The notes: a model not told the origin generated them from the letters alone. A DNA stretch of 64,000 nt from an uncultured Planctomycetota bacterium (GCA_963845755.1 CAWJTV010000017.1:9889-73888), one strand, 5' to 3'; counted from the stretch's first letter, positions 1 to 10,375 are shown. Program-made: numbers and translations.

Positions 1-137
1 TTTCAGAGTCGGCGCGAGAAAAAACCCGGTCTGGACTGGTCTGACCCCGACCTCCCCGAGCCCGACCCCGACCTCCCTTTCTGGGGGGACACAACGCGAC
101 GGTCTCGCATCAGGATTCTTTGATTGGAGGATCTGCC

Positions 138-476
138 ATGAACGACGATTCGGCGATGCCACCCGAGGCGACGGTCTACAGCTATGATTGCCGGAGCCAG
201 TTGAGCGCCGTCCGGGGGTGGAGCGGTCCGGCACCGACGGCCGAGGAGCTGACCGCCCTGGTCCTCCGCGAGCGCCCCACCTTCGCCTTCGAGCACGATG
301 CCCGCAAGGGCACCTTCCGGCTGACGTGGGCCGACGGGCGGGTCGAAGAGTTCCGGGACAAACCGGTGCGGCATCTCTCGGTGGAACCCGACGAATCCGG
401 GGCGCTGAAGCCGGTGATCCGACGCGGTGGGCCCGTGTACCTCTATCTCTGCCGCGAGGAGCGGGAGGAGCGGTGA
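138..476 (+). CDS. Small hypothetical protein (112 aa)
   Basis: GGAGG RBS before ATG at 138; plausible codon usage; no recognisable family. Confidence 0.6.
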   Translation: MNDDSAMPPEATVYSYDCRSQLSAVRGWSGPAPTAEELTALVLRERPTFAFEHDARKGTFRLTWADGRVEEFRDKPVRHLSVEPDESGALKPVIRRGGPVYLYLCREEREER

Positions 477-763
477 GTCGTCAGTGCGGCCAGTTCGTCG
501 GCCGCGCGACCGGAGGGGGGACATTGGTGTCGCTTCGTTTCTCGTCGGGGGCGTACGAGTTCAGAGCTTGTGAAAGGATCGGATTCCAGATTCCGAATTC
601 CAGATTCGAGAAGCCCAAGCCTCTGATATATCAGGCTTAACATCCATTCGGAATCTTGAATTTGTGATTTTGAATCGATTCTTTCACAGCATCTCAGTTG
701 CCAGGTTTCGGGGTTTCTCGAATCGCCGTCGATTCGACGGCGTCGAAACCTCCGACGTGCTTA

Positions 764-1671
764 GAGCGCTCGGAAAAAATGAGTTCACTGGCCCAGGAGC
801 CTCAAACAGATCAAGGAACATGCTAACTTGAGGAACGCGTCTTGAATCTCGGTGAGCCGATCCAAACGGCGGCGCAGCCGGCCGAAGGAGTGCAGCCACG
901 CGATGGTCCGCTCTACGTACCAGCGGGACTTGCCCAAACCGCTGCCGTGCTCCGTATTGCGGGCCGCCAGCACCGGCGTGGTCCCCCGGCCGCGCAAACC
1001 CTGCCGCACCGGTTCCGAGTCGTAGCCCCGATCCCCCTGCAAGCGGTCGGGCTTCTGCCGCTTCGGCCCCGGCTTGCCGCCCACCGGCGGCATGTCGTCG
1101 AGCGTCGTGAAGACCTGGGTGATCTCGGGGACGTTGGCGGCGGTCACCGTCGCCGCCAGCGGCACGCCTTGGGCGTCGGTCATCACGTGGTGCTTGCTGC
1201 CGGATTTGCTCCGGTCCGTCGGATTCGGGCCGGTATCCTCGCCCCCTTCCGGGGCCTTGGCGAAGGAGGCGTCGATCAGCGCCCGCTCCCAGTCGATCGC
1301 GTCAGCGCCGTTGAGCTCGGCCAGCAAGACGGCGTGCAACTGGCGCCAGACACCGGCCTGCTGCCACGCCTGCAGGTAGGACCGGCAGGTCTTGCCGCAG
1401 CCGCAGCCGAGGTCGGCGGGCAAGTCGTCCCAGGCGATGCCGGTCTTGAGCACGAACAAGATGCCGGTGAGGATCTTGCGGTAGTCCAGGGGTTTGCGTC
1501 CCGGGAAGCGGAAGCGGTGCGGAGGCGGGGGTGGCAGCAAGGGCTCCAAGCGCTTCCACAGCGCATCGGAGACAAGGGGTTTCATGGTGGTCCTCCTTCG
1601 GTTCGGGAGATCACTCTCCGAAGGACTCAAGAGCAGACAGCGTGCCAGTGGATTCATTTTTTCCGAGGCCC
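764..1671 (-). mobile_element. IS5-family insertion sequence, apparently complete
   Basis: Imperfect terminal inverted repeats GAGCGCTCGGAAAAAATGAGTTCACTGGC (764-) versus the reverse complement of GCCAGTGGATTCATTTTTTCCGAGGCCC (-1671); TTA direct repeat (within CTTAG) on both flanks; single transposase inside. Confidence 0.88.
785..1585 (-). CDS. IS5-family DDE transposase
   Basis: LWKRLEPLLP...GRKP...ILFVLKTGIAWDDLP N-terminus; IDAS, GDRGYD and RWYVERTIAWL DDE motifs; AGGAGG RBS before ATG at 1585. Confidence 0.93.
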   Translation of the reverse strand: MKPLVSDALWKRLEPLLPPPPPHRFRFPGRKPLDYRKILTGILFVLKTGIAWDDLPADLGCGCGKTCRSYLQAWQQAGVWRQLHAVLLAELNGADAIDWERALIDASFAKAPEGGEDTGPNPTDRSKSGSKHHVMTDAQGVPLAATVTAANVPEITQVFTTLDDMPPVGGKPGPKRQKPDRLQGDRGYDSEPVRQGLRGRGTTPVLAARNTEHGSGLGKSRWYVERTIAWLHSFGRLRRRLDRLTEIQDAFLKLACSLICLRLLGQ

Positions 1672-1699
1672 TTAGAAAGCCCAAATCTAGGGGCCGATC

Positions 1700-1760
1700 G
1701 GGAGGGCGAGGCTCCGTCCCAGCCCCCGGAAAAGCGGCTCGGACGGAGCCTCGCCCTCCC
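1700..1760. repeat. REP-like palindrome, GGGAGGGCGAG...CTCGCCCTCCC family
   Basis: Long inverted repeat; second copy at 6264-6325 and a degenerate copy near 33550-33617. Confidence 0.8.
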
Positions 1761-1801
1761 AAATCCTGCCTTGTTCTAGGCTGCTCTGATCGTCTCAACC
1801 C

Positions 1802-3403
1802 ATGAGTTCACGATCGCCCCGAATCGCCCTGAAGACCGTGCCGGCGTCCTCCCGACTCCGACTCGCGCGGAAGATTCTCTTCGCCTCGGCGCACTCGATC
1901 GTCGACTTCTCCAACGGCGCCGCGGTGGCCTCGCTCGATCTGCTCCAGGAACTGGCCGTCTCCGGGTTCGAATGCCAGGCGTTCTGCACGCCGAAGCTGG
2001 ATTTCCCCCAGGAGGTCCCCTTCGAGCAGATCATCGGCGACTTGCACGAGCCTTACCAGGTCCGACCTTCCATGTGTGGCGGCCATCGGGCGCAGGTCCT
2101 CTACACGCGCCGGCGCGACGTGCCGATCACGGTCATCCGGTTGGAGTCCACGCGGCATATCCGGCAACAACCCGAGGAGATTCACGCCATCCTGGAATTC
2201 TTCGGGAAGTACCTGGAGATTTACCAGCCTGACGTGCTGCTCACCTACGGCGGAGACCCCATCTCGCAGGGAATGATGGCCCTGGCCAGGCAGCGCGGCA
2301 TCATCGTCGTCTTCGGGATCCATAACTTCGGGTATACGGGCCGAGCGGCGTTTTCGCACGTCGATCATTGCCTCGTCGCGTCGGAGTTCGCCCGCCGGCA
2401 TTATCGAGATAAGCTCGACCTCGACTGCCATGTCTTGCCGTATGCGATCGATTGGGATCGGGTGTGGGTTGCCGGTGCTGGGCGCGATCCCCAAAAGGGG
2501 GACAGGCACCTCGAAGACTCGGAGCCAGTCCCCGTTTTGGGGATCGCCCGAAATCCGCGGTTCGTCACGTTCGTCAACCCGGTGCTGGAGAAAGGCGTTT
2601 GTGCGTTCGTCCGGATCGCGCAGGAGCTGGGGCGGCGGCGGCCGGATATCCCGTTTCTCGTGGTCGAGAGCCGGGGAGACCGCCGGACGCTGTCGGCGCT
2701 CGGCCTGGGTCGTGATGGCGATGTCAACGTTCAGGTCATGGCCAATACCAACGATCCCCGCAAGTTCTACGCCCTGTCCCGGATCGTCCTGCTGCCGTCG
2801 CTCTGGTGGGAGAACCAGCCGCTGGTCGCGATCGAGGCGATGATCAACGGCATCCCGGTGATCGGCTCCGATCGCGGCGGGATCCCCGAGGTGCTGGGGG
2901 AGAGTGGGTTCGTCCTGCCGCTGCCGGAGCGCTTGACGCCGGTCAGCAGGGAGGTTCCGGAGGCCGGGGAGGTCGAGCCGTGGGTTGAGACGATCGTCCG
3001 GCTGTGGGATGATCGGGCCTTGTACGAGGAACAGAGTCGTCGGGCGCGCGAGGAGGCCCGGCGCTGGCATCCCGATCGGCTCCGGCCGTTGTATGCCGAG
3101 TTCTTCCGGAACGTCGTGCGCCAAGCCGGGCCATCCCAGGCATGTCCTCCCGCGGCCCGAGGGGCCGTAGGAACCCAGCCCGGGGTGGAGCTTCAGGACT
3201 CGGCCGCTCCCACTCGGCTGGTGCACCCTAACGCGGCCTTCGGCCGCAACCCAAGAGGGATTCGAGATTCGAGATTCCGGATTCCAGATCCCGAAATCGT
3301 TCCGTTGGGAATCTCGAATATCGAATCCGGAATCTCGAATCCGGAACCCAGGATTCCTCAGATGCGCGGCACGGCGCAAAGATCCTACGGAGGACGACTC
3401 TAA
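1802..3403 (+). CDS. GT-B (GT4) glycosyltransferase; C-terminal tail is repeat-derived
   Basis: FVNPVLEKG and LLPSLWWENQPLVAIEAMINGIPVIGSDRGGIPEV GT4 signature. Confidence 0.88.
   Translation: MSSRSPRIALKTVPASSRLRLARKILFASAHSIVDFSNGAAVASLDLLQELAVSGFECQAFCTPKLDFPQEVPFEQIIGDLHEPYQVRPSMCGGHRAQVLYTRRRDVPITVIRLESTRHIRQQPEEIHAILEFFGKYLEIYQPDVLLTYGGDPISQGMMALARQRGIIVVFGIHNFGYTGRAAFSHVDHCLVASEFARRHYRDKLDLDCHVLPYAIDWDRVWVAGAGRDPQKGDRHLEDSEPVPVLGIARNPRFVTFVNPVLEKGVCAFVRIAQELGRRRPDIPFLVVESRGDRRTLSALGLGRDGDVNVQVMANTNDPRKFYALSRIVLLPSLWWENQPLVAIEAMINGIPVIGSDRGGIPEVLGESGFVLPLPERLTPVSREVPEAGEVEPWVETIVRLWDDRALYEEQSRRAREEARRWHPDRLRPLYAEFFRNVVRQAGPSQACPPAARGAVGTQPGVELQDSAAPTRLVHPNAAFGRNPRGIRDSRFRIPDPEIVPLGISNIESGISNPEPRIPQMRGTAQRSYGGRL
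2484..2547. repeat. Palindromic element (AAGGGGGACAGGCACC...GGAGCCAGTCCCCGTTTT) inserted in frame in the GT4 gene
   Basis: Stem GCGATCCCCAAAA/TTTTGGGGATCGC; same core at 5116-5204. Confidence 0.8.
3228..3402 (+). mobile_element. MITE-like non-autonomous element, copy 1 (heptamer-hairpin core)
   Basis: Ends CTAACGCGGCC..CGGCCGCAACCCA and GCGGCACGGC...GATCCTACGGAGGACGACTCTA are shared with the inverted copy at 34136-34291; core (ATTCGAG)n/(CTCGAAT)n; CTA at both ends. Confidence 0.75.
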
Positions 3404-3407
3404 AGGA

Positions 3408-4427
3408 GTGCCGGAGGGTTCTCCCGCGGCCCTTCAGGCCGCCGGATTGGGGGGTTGTCCCGCGGACCCCGGGTTTCACCCGGGGCTGGGCTGCTGCGAC
3501 CCTTCGGGCCGCCAAAGATCGGCTGTCCGTGTGCCTGCGACCCATCCGTTCAGCGTTCTCACTGGGGTGATCCCGCTTTCCTTCGTGGTCTGCGTGTCGG
3601 ATACGGCGATTCTTCACGACAACCTGCTCGGGTCGCCCTGCCTCGAAAACGGGTCGCCGCACGAGGTGATTTCGGTCCTCCAGGCGCCCGACGCGGCGGC
3701 CGGTTTGAATGCGGCCCTGGAACGCGCACGGCACGAGTGGGTCGTCCTCGTGCATCAGGATGTCGTCCTGCCGGACGGCTGGGATCGGTGCGTCGGCCGG
3801 CAACTCCTCGCGGCCGAGCGACGATTTGGGCCACTGGGGATCGCGGGCGTGTATGGGGTCGGTGGAGTCGAGCGGCCGGAGGGTGGTTCGCTCCAGGCCG
3901 AACGCATCGGCTGGGTCGTCGATCGGGGACGTTCCCTCCGCCAGGGGCCCGAGCTTCCGGCGCCGGTCGCGACCCTCGACGAGTTGCTGTTGATCCTGCC
4001 GCGTCGCACGCCACTCCGGGCCGATCCGGAGCTGGGGTTCCATCTTTACGGCGCCGACCTCTGCCTCCAGGCCCGCGAGCACGGCCTGGCTGCCATCGCC
4101 CTGGGAGCGCTCTGCCACCACAACTCGCGGAGGCTCGGGCTGGATGACGCGTATTTTGCCAGCGCCCGGACGTTCGTCCGCAAGTGGGCCGAGCGGCTGC
4201 CGATCGCGACGCCGTGCGCCGTGTTCGACAAGACGGGTGAGGTCTTCCTTCTCGGCAACGCGGAGGGCGAGACATCGGTTGCCCGAGCGGAAGGTCGGTG
4301 CGTCTACCGGGTCCCACTCGAGCTGTGGATGAATGAGACTCCTCGCTGGACACCACCACGATTTGCCCCGAGGGGGCCAAACAAATCAGCCCGGGGCAAC
4401 GCCCCGGGAACCGAGAAACCCCCATGA
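3408..4427 (+). CDS. GT2-like glycosyltransferase domain, probably the separated C-terminal half of the upstream GT4 protein
   Basis: SFVVCVSD...AAAGLNAALERARHEWVVLVHQDV...TLDELLLI...GFHLYGADLCLQA; in frame with 1802 once the 172-bp element is removed. Confidence 0.75.
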   Translation: MPEGSPAALQAAGLGGCPADPGFHPGLGCCDPSGRQRSAVRVPATHPFSVLTGVIPLSFVVCVSDTAILHDNLLGSPCLENGSPHEVISVLQAPDAAAGLNAALERARHEWVVLVHQDVVLPDGWDRCVGRQLLAAERRFGPLGIAGVYGVGGVERPEGGSLQAERIGWVVDRGRSLRQGPELPAPVATLDELLLILPRRTPLRADPELGFHLYGADLCLQAREHGLAAIALGALCHHNSRRLGLDDAYFASARTFVRKWAERLPIATPCAVFDKTGEVFLLGNAEGETSVARAEGRCVYRVPLELWMNETPRWTPPRFAPRGPNKSARGNAPGTEKPP

Positions 4428-4562
4428 ACAAGCCCTGAAAGGGCGGCACAGGCGAAGGCTCCGACCCAGCCTGTTTCGCCCTGTCAGGGCTGCCCTCGGG
4501 GTGGTCGTCGCCACCGTCCCGGGGCGTTGCCCCGGGCTGGTATGTTTGACCCCTTCGGGGCC
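4366..4562. repeat. Composite REP/BIME-like palindrome (CAGCCCGGGGCAACGCCCCGGG, CCCTGAAAGGGC)
   Basis: Nested inverted repeats; related composites at 3151-3511 and 8600-8657. Confidence 0.75.
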
Positions 4563-4664
4563 ACGACCCGCTTCGGCCAGCCCCGGTCCTGGTGGTATTG
4601 GGCGAGAAGTCTCGAGTGAATCCTCGCAAAGACGAAGGTCCGACATTCCTCGGCGATCCGAATC

Positions 4665-5894
4665 ATGAACTCCCATATTCCACCCGCGCTGGCATCGATC
4701 GTCGTCCCTTGCTTCAACCAGGTGGAGTTCACTCAGCGATGCGTCCAGGCTCTCTTTCGACACAGCCGGCGCCCCTGGGAACTGATCGTCGTTGATAATG
4801 GGTTGACCGATGGGACTGGTCACTACCTGGACGGCGTCGGGGATGCCGCCTCGACGCCGGTCACGGTCATCAAGAATGCGGAGAATCGGGGGTTTCCCGC
4901 GGCGGTCAACCAGGGTTTGCAGCAGGCTCGGGGAGAGTACCTCGTCTTGCTCAACAACGATGCGGTCGTCACCGATGGCTGGCTGGATCAGCTTATTGCG
5001 TTGACGGCGTTGCGGGCGGAATCCGACGATCGGGAGAGCTCCGGTCCGGACTGTGGCGGCGAACCTTCGGGTGCCCGGAGACCCGCGCCCGACGCGATGC
5101 GGGGTGGTGCTCTCGCGGAAAAAGGGGACAGGCACCCGGCCTCGGTCGATGGTACGCGCGAAAGTCCCGTTCCGGGCGGGCCGGGAGCCAGTCCCCGTTT
5201 TCCGTCCCCGGGCGCCGTCGGGAGGCCCGCGCCGCGACGGATCGGCCTGGTCGGGCCGATGTCGAATTACGCGACGCCGCCGCAACTGGTCGAGAATGTG
5301 CCGTATCGCGATCTCGACGAGATGCACGAATTCGCCCGGCGATGGCGCGATGAGCACCGGGGAAAATGGTTCACGGTGCCCAAGCTATCGGGGTTCTGCG
5401 TGCTCATGACGCGAGCCGTGTATGACGCACTCGGCGGCCTGGACGAGCGGTTTGGGTTGGGTCTCTTCGATGATGACGACCTGGCCGAACGGGCGCGACG
5501 GGCCGGGTTCACGCTGGCGGTGGCTCACGACCTCTTCATCCATCACTTCGGCAGCCGGACCTTCGTCGGCAACGGCATCGATGCGTCGGCCCTGCTGGAT
5601 GAGAACGCGCGGCGGTTCGCCGCCAAGTGGGGCCAGGACACGCCCCGAGGCCGGCGCGTCGCGCTGCAAGCCTGGTCGAGTGCTCCAGGCTTTCTCGTGG
5701 AATCCCAGCGCGCGTTTGCCCGGCAGATTGATGACGGAGTGAGGTCGGCGAAGGTCCCTCCGGGTGGGCGAGCGGAAATCTCAGACCCCCTCATCCGCCC
5801 TTCCGGCACCTTCTCCCCGGGGGAGAAGGGGACGATCCGGCCCCCTCGCCCCATCGGGGAGAGGGTTGGGGTGAGGGGGTCTGCCGATCCATAA
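4665..5894 (+). CDS. GT2 glycosyltransferase with an in-frame palindromic insertion
   Basis: SIVVPCFN, LIVVDNG, NRGFPAAVNQG, LLNNDAVV, LSGFCVL, GGLDERFG motifs. Confidence 0.88.
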   Translation: MNSHIPPALASIVVPCFNQVEFTQRCVQALFRHSRRPWELIVVDNGLTDGTGHYLDGVGDAASTPVTVIKNAENRGFPAAVNQGLQQARGEYLVLLNNDAVVTDGWLDQLIALTALRAESDDRESSGPDCGGEPSGARRPAPDAMRGGALAEKGDRHPASVDGTRESPVPGGPGASPRFPSPGAVGRPAPRRIGLVGPMSNYATPPQLVENVPYRDLDEMHEFARRWRDEHRGKWFTVPKLSGFCVLMTRAVYDALGGLDERFGLGLFDDDDLAERARRAGFTLAVAHDLFIHHFGSRTFVGNGIDASALLDENARRFAAKWGQDTPRGRRVALQAWSSAPGFLVESQRAFARQIDDGVRSAKVPPGGRAEISDPLIRPSGTFSPGEKGTIRPPRPIGERVGVRGSADP

Positions 5895-5938
5895 ACCCCC
5901 ATCCGCCCTTCGGGCACCTTCTCCCCGGGGGAGAAGGG
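5785..5938. repeat. REP cluster (CCCCTCATCCGCCCTTC.GGCACCTTCTCCCCGGGGGAGAAGG x2 plus GGGGAGAGGGTTGGGGTGAGGGG)
   Basis: Two direct copies flanking an inverted partner, located at the junction between two GT ORFs. Confidence 0.8.
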
Positions 5939-5953
5939 AAGGTCCGCGTCACC

Positions 5954-7752
5954 TTGACCATGATCGTCAGAGACGAGGAAAAGAACCTTCCGAAGTGCCT
6001 CGAGTCGGTGCGGGGGATCTTCGATGAGATCGTCGTCGTCGATACGGGGAGCGTCGACCGGACGATGGAAATCGCCCGGGATTTCGGGGCCCGCGTGTTC
6101 GAGTTCGCCTGGATCGATGACTTCGCCGCCGCACGGAACGAGGCGCTCGCCCACGCCACCGGCGATTACGCGTTCTGGCTCGACGCCGATGACGTGGTCA
6201 ACCCACCTCAGCGTGAGAACCTCCGGGCATTGCTGGACGGTCTCGAAGACTCGTTACATCCGTGGGAGGGCGAGCCTCCGTGCGAGCCGAATTCGGGCGC
6301 GGCTCGCACGGAGGCTCGCCCTCCCCGGCCGCCTCGATCGCCTGAAGACGTCGCGGCCTACGTCGTGCGATGCGCCTGCGACCCGAGCCCCGATGGCAGC
6401 GGCGGCGACACCGTCGTCGATCACGTCCGGCTGTTCCCGATCCGGCAAGGCATCCGCTGGACTTATCGCGTCCACGAGCAGATCATGCCCGCCCTGCGCC
6501 GGGCCGGGATTCCCGTCCGCTGGACCGACCTGATCGTGCGGCACACCGGCTACGTCAACGTCGCCTTGCGAGCGCGAAAGCTCGATCGCGACAGCCGGAT
6601 TCTTCAAGAAGAGTTGAAGCACCGTCCCGATGAGCCGTTCATCCTGTTCAACCTGGGCGCGATCGCCATCGAGCGGCGCGACTGGCATGGGGCGCTCGAT
6701 TACCTGCGCCAGAGCCTGGCGCGGTCGGCGCCGAGCGACTCGATCACCCGAAAGCTGTTCGCCCTGATCGCCCGGTCGCACCAGATGCTGGGCGAGACCG
6801 CCGAGGCGCTGCGGATCTGTGCGGAAGGATTATCGCTCGACGCCCAGGACGCCGAGCTGTTGTTCCGCAAGGCGGTGGTGCATCGGAATCGGGGCGAATC
6901 GGCCGAGGCCGAAGCGTGCTGGCGGCGAATCCTGGGGCTGCGGCGTCCCGAACAGTTCGCCAGCCTGGACATGGGCATCTACGGCCACCTCACCCGGCGC
7001 AATCTGGCTGTGCTGGCCGCGGAACGAGGCGACGGGACGGAAGCGGCCAGGCTGTGGGCCGAGGTGCTCCGGGAGTGTCCCGGCGACCGCGAGGCGCTCG
7101 CCGCGCTGGAAGCATCACGCGCCACCCCGCAGCCCCGGCGCTGGGCCGAGAGCCCGACGGGCCATGGCCCCTGGCTGGTCGCCGGCTCTCATCAACGGGT
7201 CGTCCCGGATCCGGGGACGACGGACTTCGGTCCCTATGCCGAGCTGGCCAGGGAGTGGGTCGTCGCCCTTCAGGCCCAGGTGATCCTCGAGCTGGGGGTC
7301 CGCTTCGGAGACGCCACGCGCGCCTTGCTTGCGGCGCGCACCGGGTCGGCGGTCACGTCTGGGGCATCGATCCCCTGGAGCGCCACGACGTCCTCGACCC
7401 TCGGTTCACGTTTCTCAAGTCCAGCCCTCTCGACGTTGACGACCGCTGGGAGCGGATCGATTTCCTCCACATCGATATCGATGCGCATTGTGAGGACGAC
7501 GCGCGGCGATGGTTGGATCGTTATGCCGGGCGCTGCCGGGCGATTGCCGTGCACGACACGCATCATCCCCGGTTTCAACTCGGCTCCATCGTCGTCGCAT
7601 TGGCCGGCAAGGGTCGGTGGCGCATATTCGAATACCGGGGCAACCCCGCGGGTTGGACCGTCCTGGTCCGTCCTGGCGAGCCCTGTCCGCCAGACCCTTT
7701 CAACGACGGGGCAACTCGCGAGGCCGGCTCGGTCCCCGGACCCACGGCTTGA
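5954..7752 (+). CDS. GT2 glycosyltransferase with TPR repeats and a C-terminal class I SAM methyltransferase domain (frameshift near 7335)
   Basis: LTMIVRDEE...VVVDTGSVD...DFAAARN...WLDADD...VHEQI; TPR-like helices; ILELGVRFG continuing in another frame as VWGIDP...IDFLHID...AVHDT, stop at 7752. Confidence 0.82.
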
Positions 7753-7788
7753 CGACACGCTGGCACCTCAAATTGATTGGGCTTGCCG

Positions 7789-8520
7789 ATGGACGCCGGG
7801 CGAGACCTTTACCTCGACCTGATGATGCGATGTCTCACGGACTCCCTGTACGATCCGTGCGATGAGACGATCCGGGCCGAAGGGCTGGACTGGCCGGTAC
7901 GAGCGCACACGATGATCGGCCGGAAGCGGCTGGAGAACGTGCAGAGCTGCATCGAGGACGTGCTGGCACATGGGGTCCCTGGCGACCTGATCGAGACGGG
8001 AGTCTGGCGTGGTGGGGCGACGATCTTGATGAGGGCCGTCCTGAAGGCGCACGGAGTGACCGATCGCCTGGTCTGGGTCGCCGACTCCTTCGCGGGGTTA
8101 CCCGCGCCGGACTCGAACCGATATCCCCGAGACGAAGGGGACCAGTTGCACACGTTCCGTCAACTGGCCGTGTCCTTGGAGCAGGTCCAGGACAACTTCC
8201 GGCGCTATGGCCTGCTAGATGACCAGGTCCGGTTCCTCAAGGGCTGGTTTCGCGAGACGCTGCCCTCGGCGCCGATCGACCGGTTGGCCGTGCTGCGCCT
8301 CGACGGCGACCTGTATCAATCGACAATCGAGGCATTGGAGAGCCTCTACGACAGGATCTCCGTCGGCGGTTACGTCATCGTGGACGACTATGGAAACGTC
8401 GCGGGGTGTCGCCAGGCGGTCCACGATTTCCGTAAGGCGCGGGGGATCTCCGACACGATTCGGCCGATCGATTGGGCCGGAGTCTACTGGCGTCGCTCAT
8501 CGCCCACCGCGCCGGGATGA
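7789..8520 (+). CDS. TylF/MycF/NovP-family sugar O-methyltransferase
   Basis: HTMIGRKRLEN, PGDLIETGVWRGG, VADSFAGLP, LKGWFRETLP, LRLDGDLYQST, IVDDYG. Confidence 0.93.
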   Translation: MDAGRDLYLDLMMRCLTDSLYDPCDETIRAEGLDWPVRAHTMIGRKRLENVQSCIEDVLAHGVPGDLIETGVWRGGATILMRAVLKAHGVTDRLVWVADSFAGLPAPDSNRYPRDEGDQLHTFRQLAVSLEQVQDNFRRYGLLDDQVRFLKGWFRETLPSAPIDRLAVLRLDGDLYQSTIEALESLYDRISVGGYVIVDDYGNVAGCRQAVHDFRKARGISDTIRPIDWAGVYWRRSSPTAPG

Positions 8521-8804
8521 GGGGTGATACCCTGACTCCTGCGAAGGACTCCCAATCGGAACCATCGTGGCTCTGCCGCAGGGCGCGGGGGCTGGCAATT
8601 ATACCCAGCGTGCGCCTGCGGCGACCCTGGGCTCTGTTCTGCAACGCCTTCGGCGTAGAGAACTCCGTCGAACCGAGCTGGCGTCGGATTCTGGATTTTA
8701 TTACGGCGGACCGGCCGGCCGGAGTCGTTGTCGTGGGGAACGAGACGTTGGTGGGGCGCGTCTCAGGGGGATGCCTTCTTTCACGTCTGATGCCCCGGGC
8801 CGGG

Positions 8805-10267
8805 TCAATTCCTGTCCTTTCCGGATCGATCCCATCGACGCAAGACCGCCCTCGCGGCGTGGTAACCACAGAGGCCGTGCACGCCTCCACCTGGCGGTGT
8901 CGAGGACGAGCAGAGATAGAGCCAGGGCAGGGGGGTCGAGTAAGGAACAGCGCAGCGCCACGGGCCGCGTGAATAACTGGCGAAGGTCCTGCGCGCCACC
9001 GTTGATGTCACCGCCGATGTAATTGGCGTTATAGGACTGAAAGTCGCGCGGAGCCATCACGTGTCGCTTGAGGATTCGGCCGCGGAATCCGGGCGCGAAC
9101 CGTTCGACCTGGGCTTCGATCGGGTCGGTCATGTCGACCGTCGAGCTGTTGGGGACGTGACAGTAGGCCCAGGCGGTGTGATGGCCCGGCGGAGCACGCG
9201 TCGGGTCGAAGAGGCTGGGTTGAGCGAGGAGCACGAACGGGCGTTCCGGGTGCTCGCCGTGGCCGACGGCCGACTCGGAAGCGGCGACCTCCTCGAGCGT
9301 GCCACCGAGGTGCACGGTGCCGGCCCGGGCAGCAATCCCGCGACGTCCAGGGGATGGGTCCGCTCAACGCCCAGTCGAGCTTGAAGACGCCTGCACCGTA
9401 TCGGTATCGATTGAGCGCGCGGAGATAACGGGCGGGCAGGCGATGGCCGGCCATCGCGACGAGCTGTCGGGGCGTGACGTCGAGCAGGACGGCGCCGGCT
9501 TCCGGCAGCTCGTCGATCGACTCGACTCGCCAACCGGTGACGATCTCGCCTCCGAGGGAGCGCAGATAGGCAGCTAGGCTCTCGGCGATCCCCTGGGAAC
9601 CACCGCGAACGATCGGCCATCCGACGCTGTGTCCGGCGATTCCCAGCACGAGGCCGATTGCGGCGGTCGTCCACCATTCCAGGGGAAGGATCGAGTGGGC
9701 GGCCAGTCCAGCCAGGAGTGCGCGCTGCTCGGGCGCGGAGAACCATCGACTGGCCAGCCTCGTTGCGGGCTGGATGGCCTGGAGACCGAATCGAGCCGCC
9801 GAGATCGGGTGACCCGGCAGTCGGAGGGGACCGAGCAGGTCGGCGAAGAGCAACTCGGCATCCTCGGCCAGAGGTTCCATCAACCGGCGATAGGATTGGG
9901 CGTCCGGACCGAGCGATCGGGCGGTCTCCTCGATGGACCGTTCGAGCACGGCGGTGGTGCCGTCGTCGAGCGGGTGGGCGAGCGGCGCCGGCGGGTGGAT
10001 CAGCTCCAGGCCATGCGCGACGAGCGGAATCCTCTTGAAGAACGGCGAGGCCACCGCGAAGGGATGAACCGCCGAGCAGACGTCGTGCACGAAGCCGGGC
10101 AGCGTCAGCGGCGCCGACCGTGTGCCGCCGCCGATTGTGGCCGCCGCCTCGATGACGAGGACCGAGAGACCTTCGCGCGCCAGCGTGATCGCAGCCGATA
10201 GCCCGTTAGGACCGGATCCCACGACGACGCCGTCGTAGCGCGACCGACTGCACCGCGACTCGCCCAT
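8805..10267 (-). CDS. Phytoene desaturase-like FAD-dependent oxidoreductase (frameshifts near 9325 and 8955)
   Basis: VVGSGPNGL Rossmann fold, [45 protein letters not shown] spread over three frames. Confidence 0.88.
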
Positions 10268-10375
10268 GGTTGGCCTTTCTTCCGGATTTGGTTTATGCTG
10301 GTCGTCCTGGGACTGCATGATGAGTCAGGATGCGCGAGACCACTCCAGAGAACAACCCAAGACGACCCGGAGAAC

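Noticed and set aside
138..476. RHS/YD-repeat toxin fragment (TVYSYDCRSQL)
   Set aside because: A single YD-like motif with no RHS core or immunity gene; insufficient support
1808..3379. Long antisense ORFs such as 1808-3379, 21077-22366 and 39346-40581
   Set aside because: Shadow ORFs opposite well-supported genes, expected in high-GC DNA
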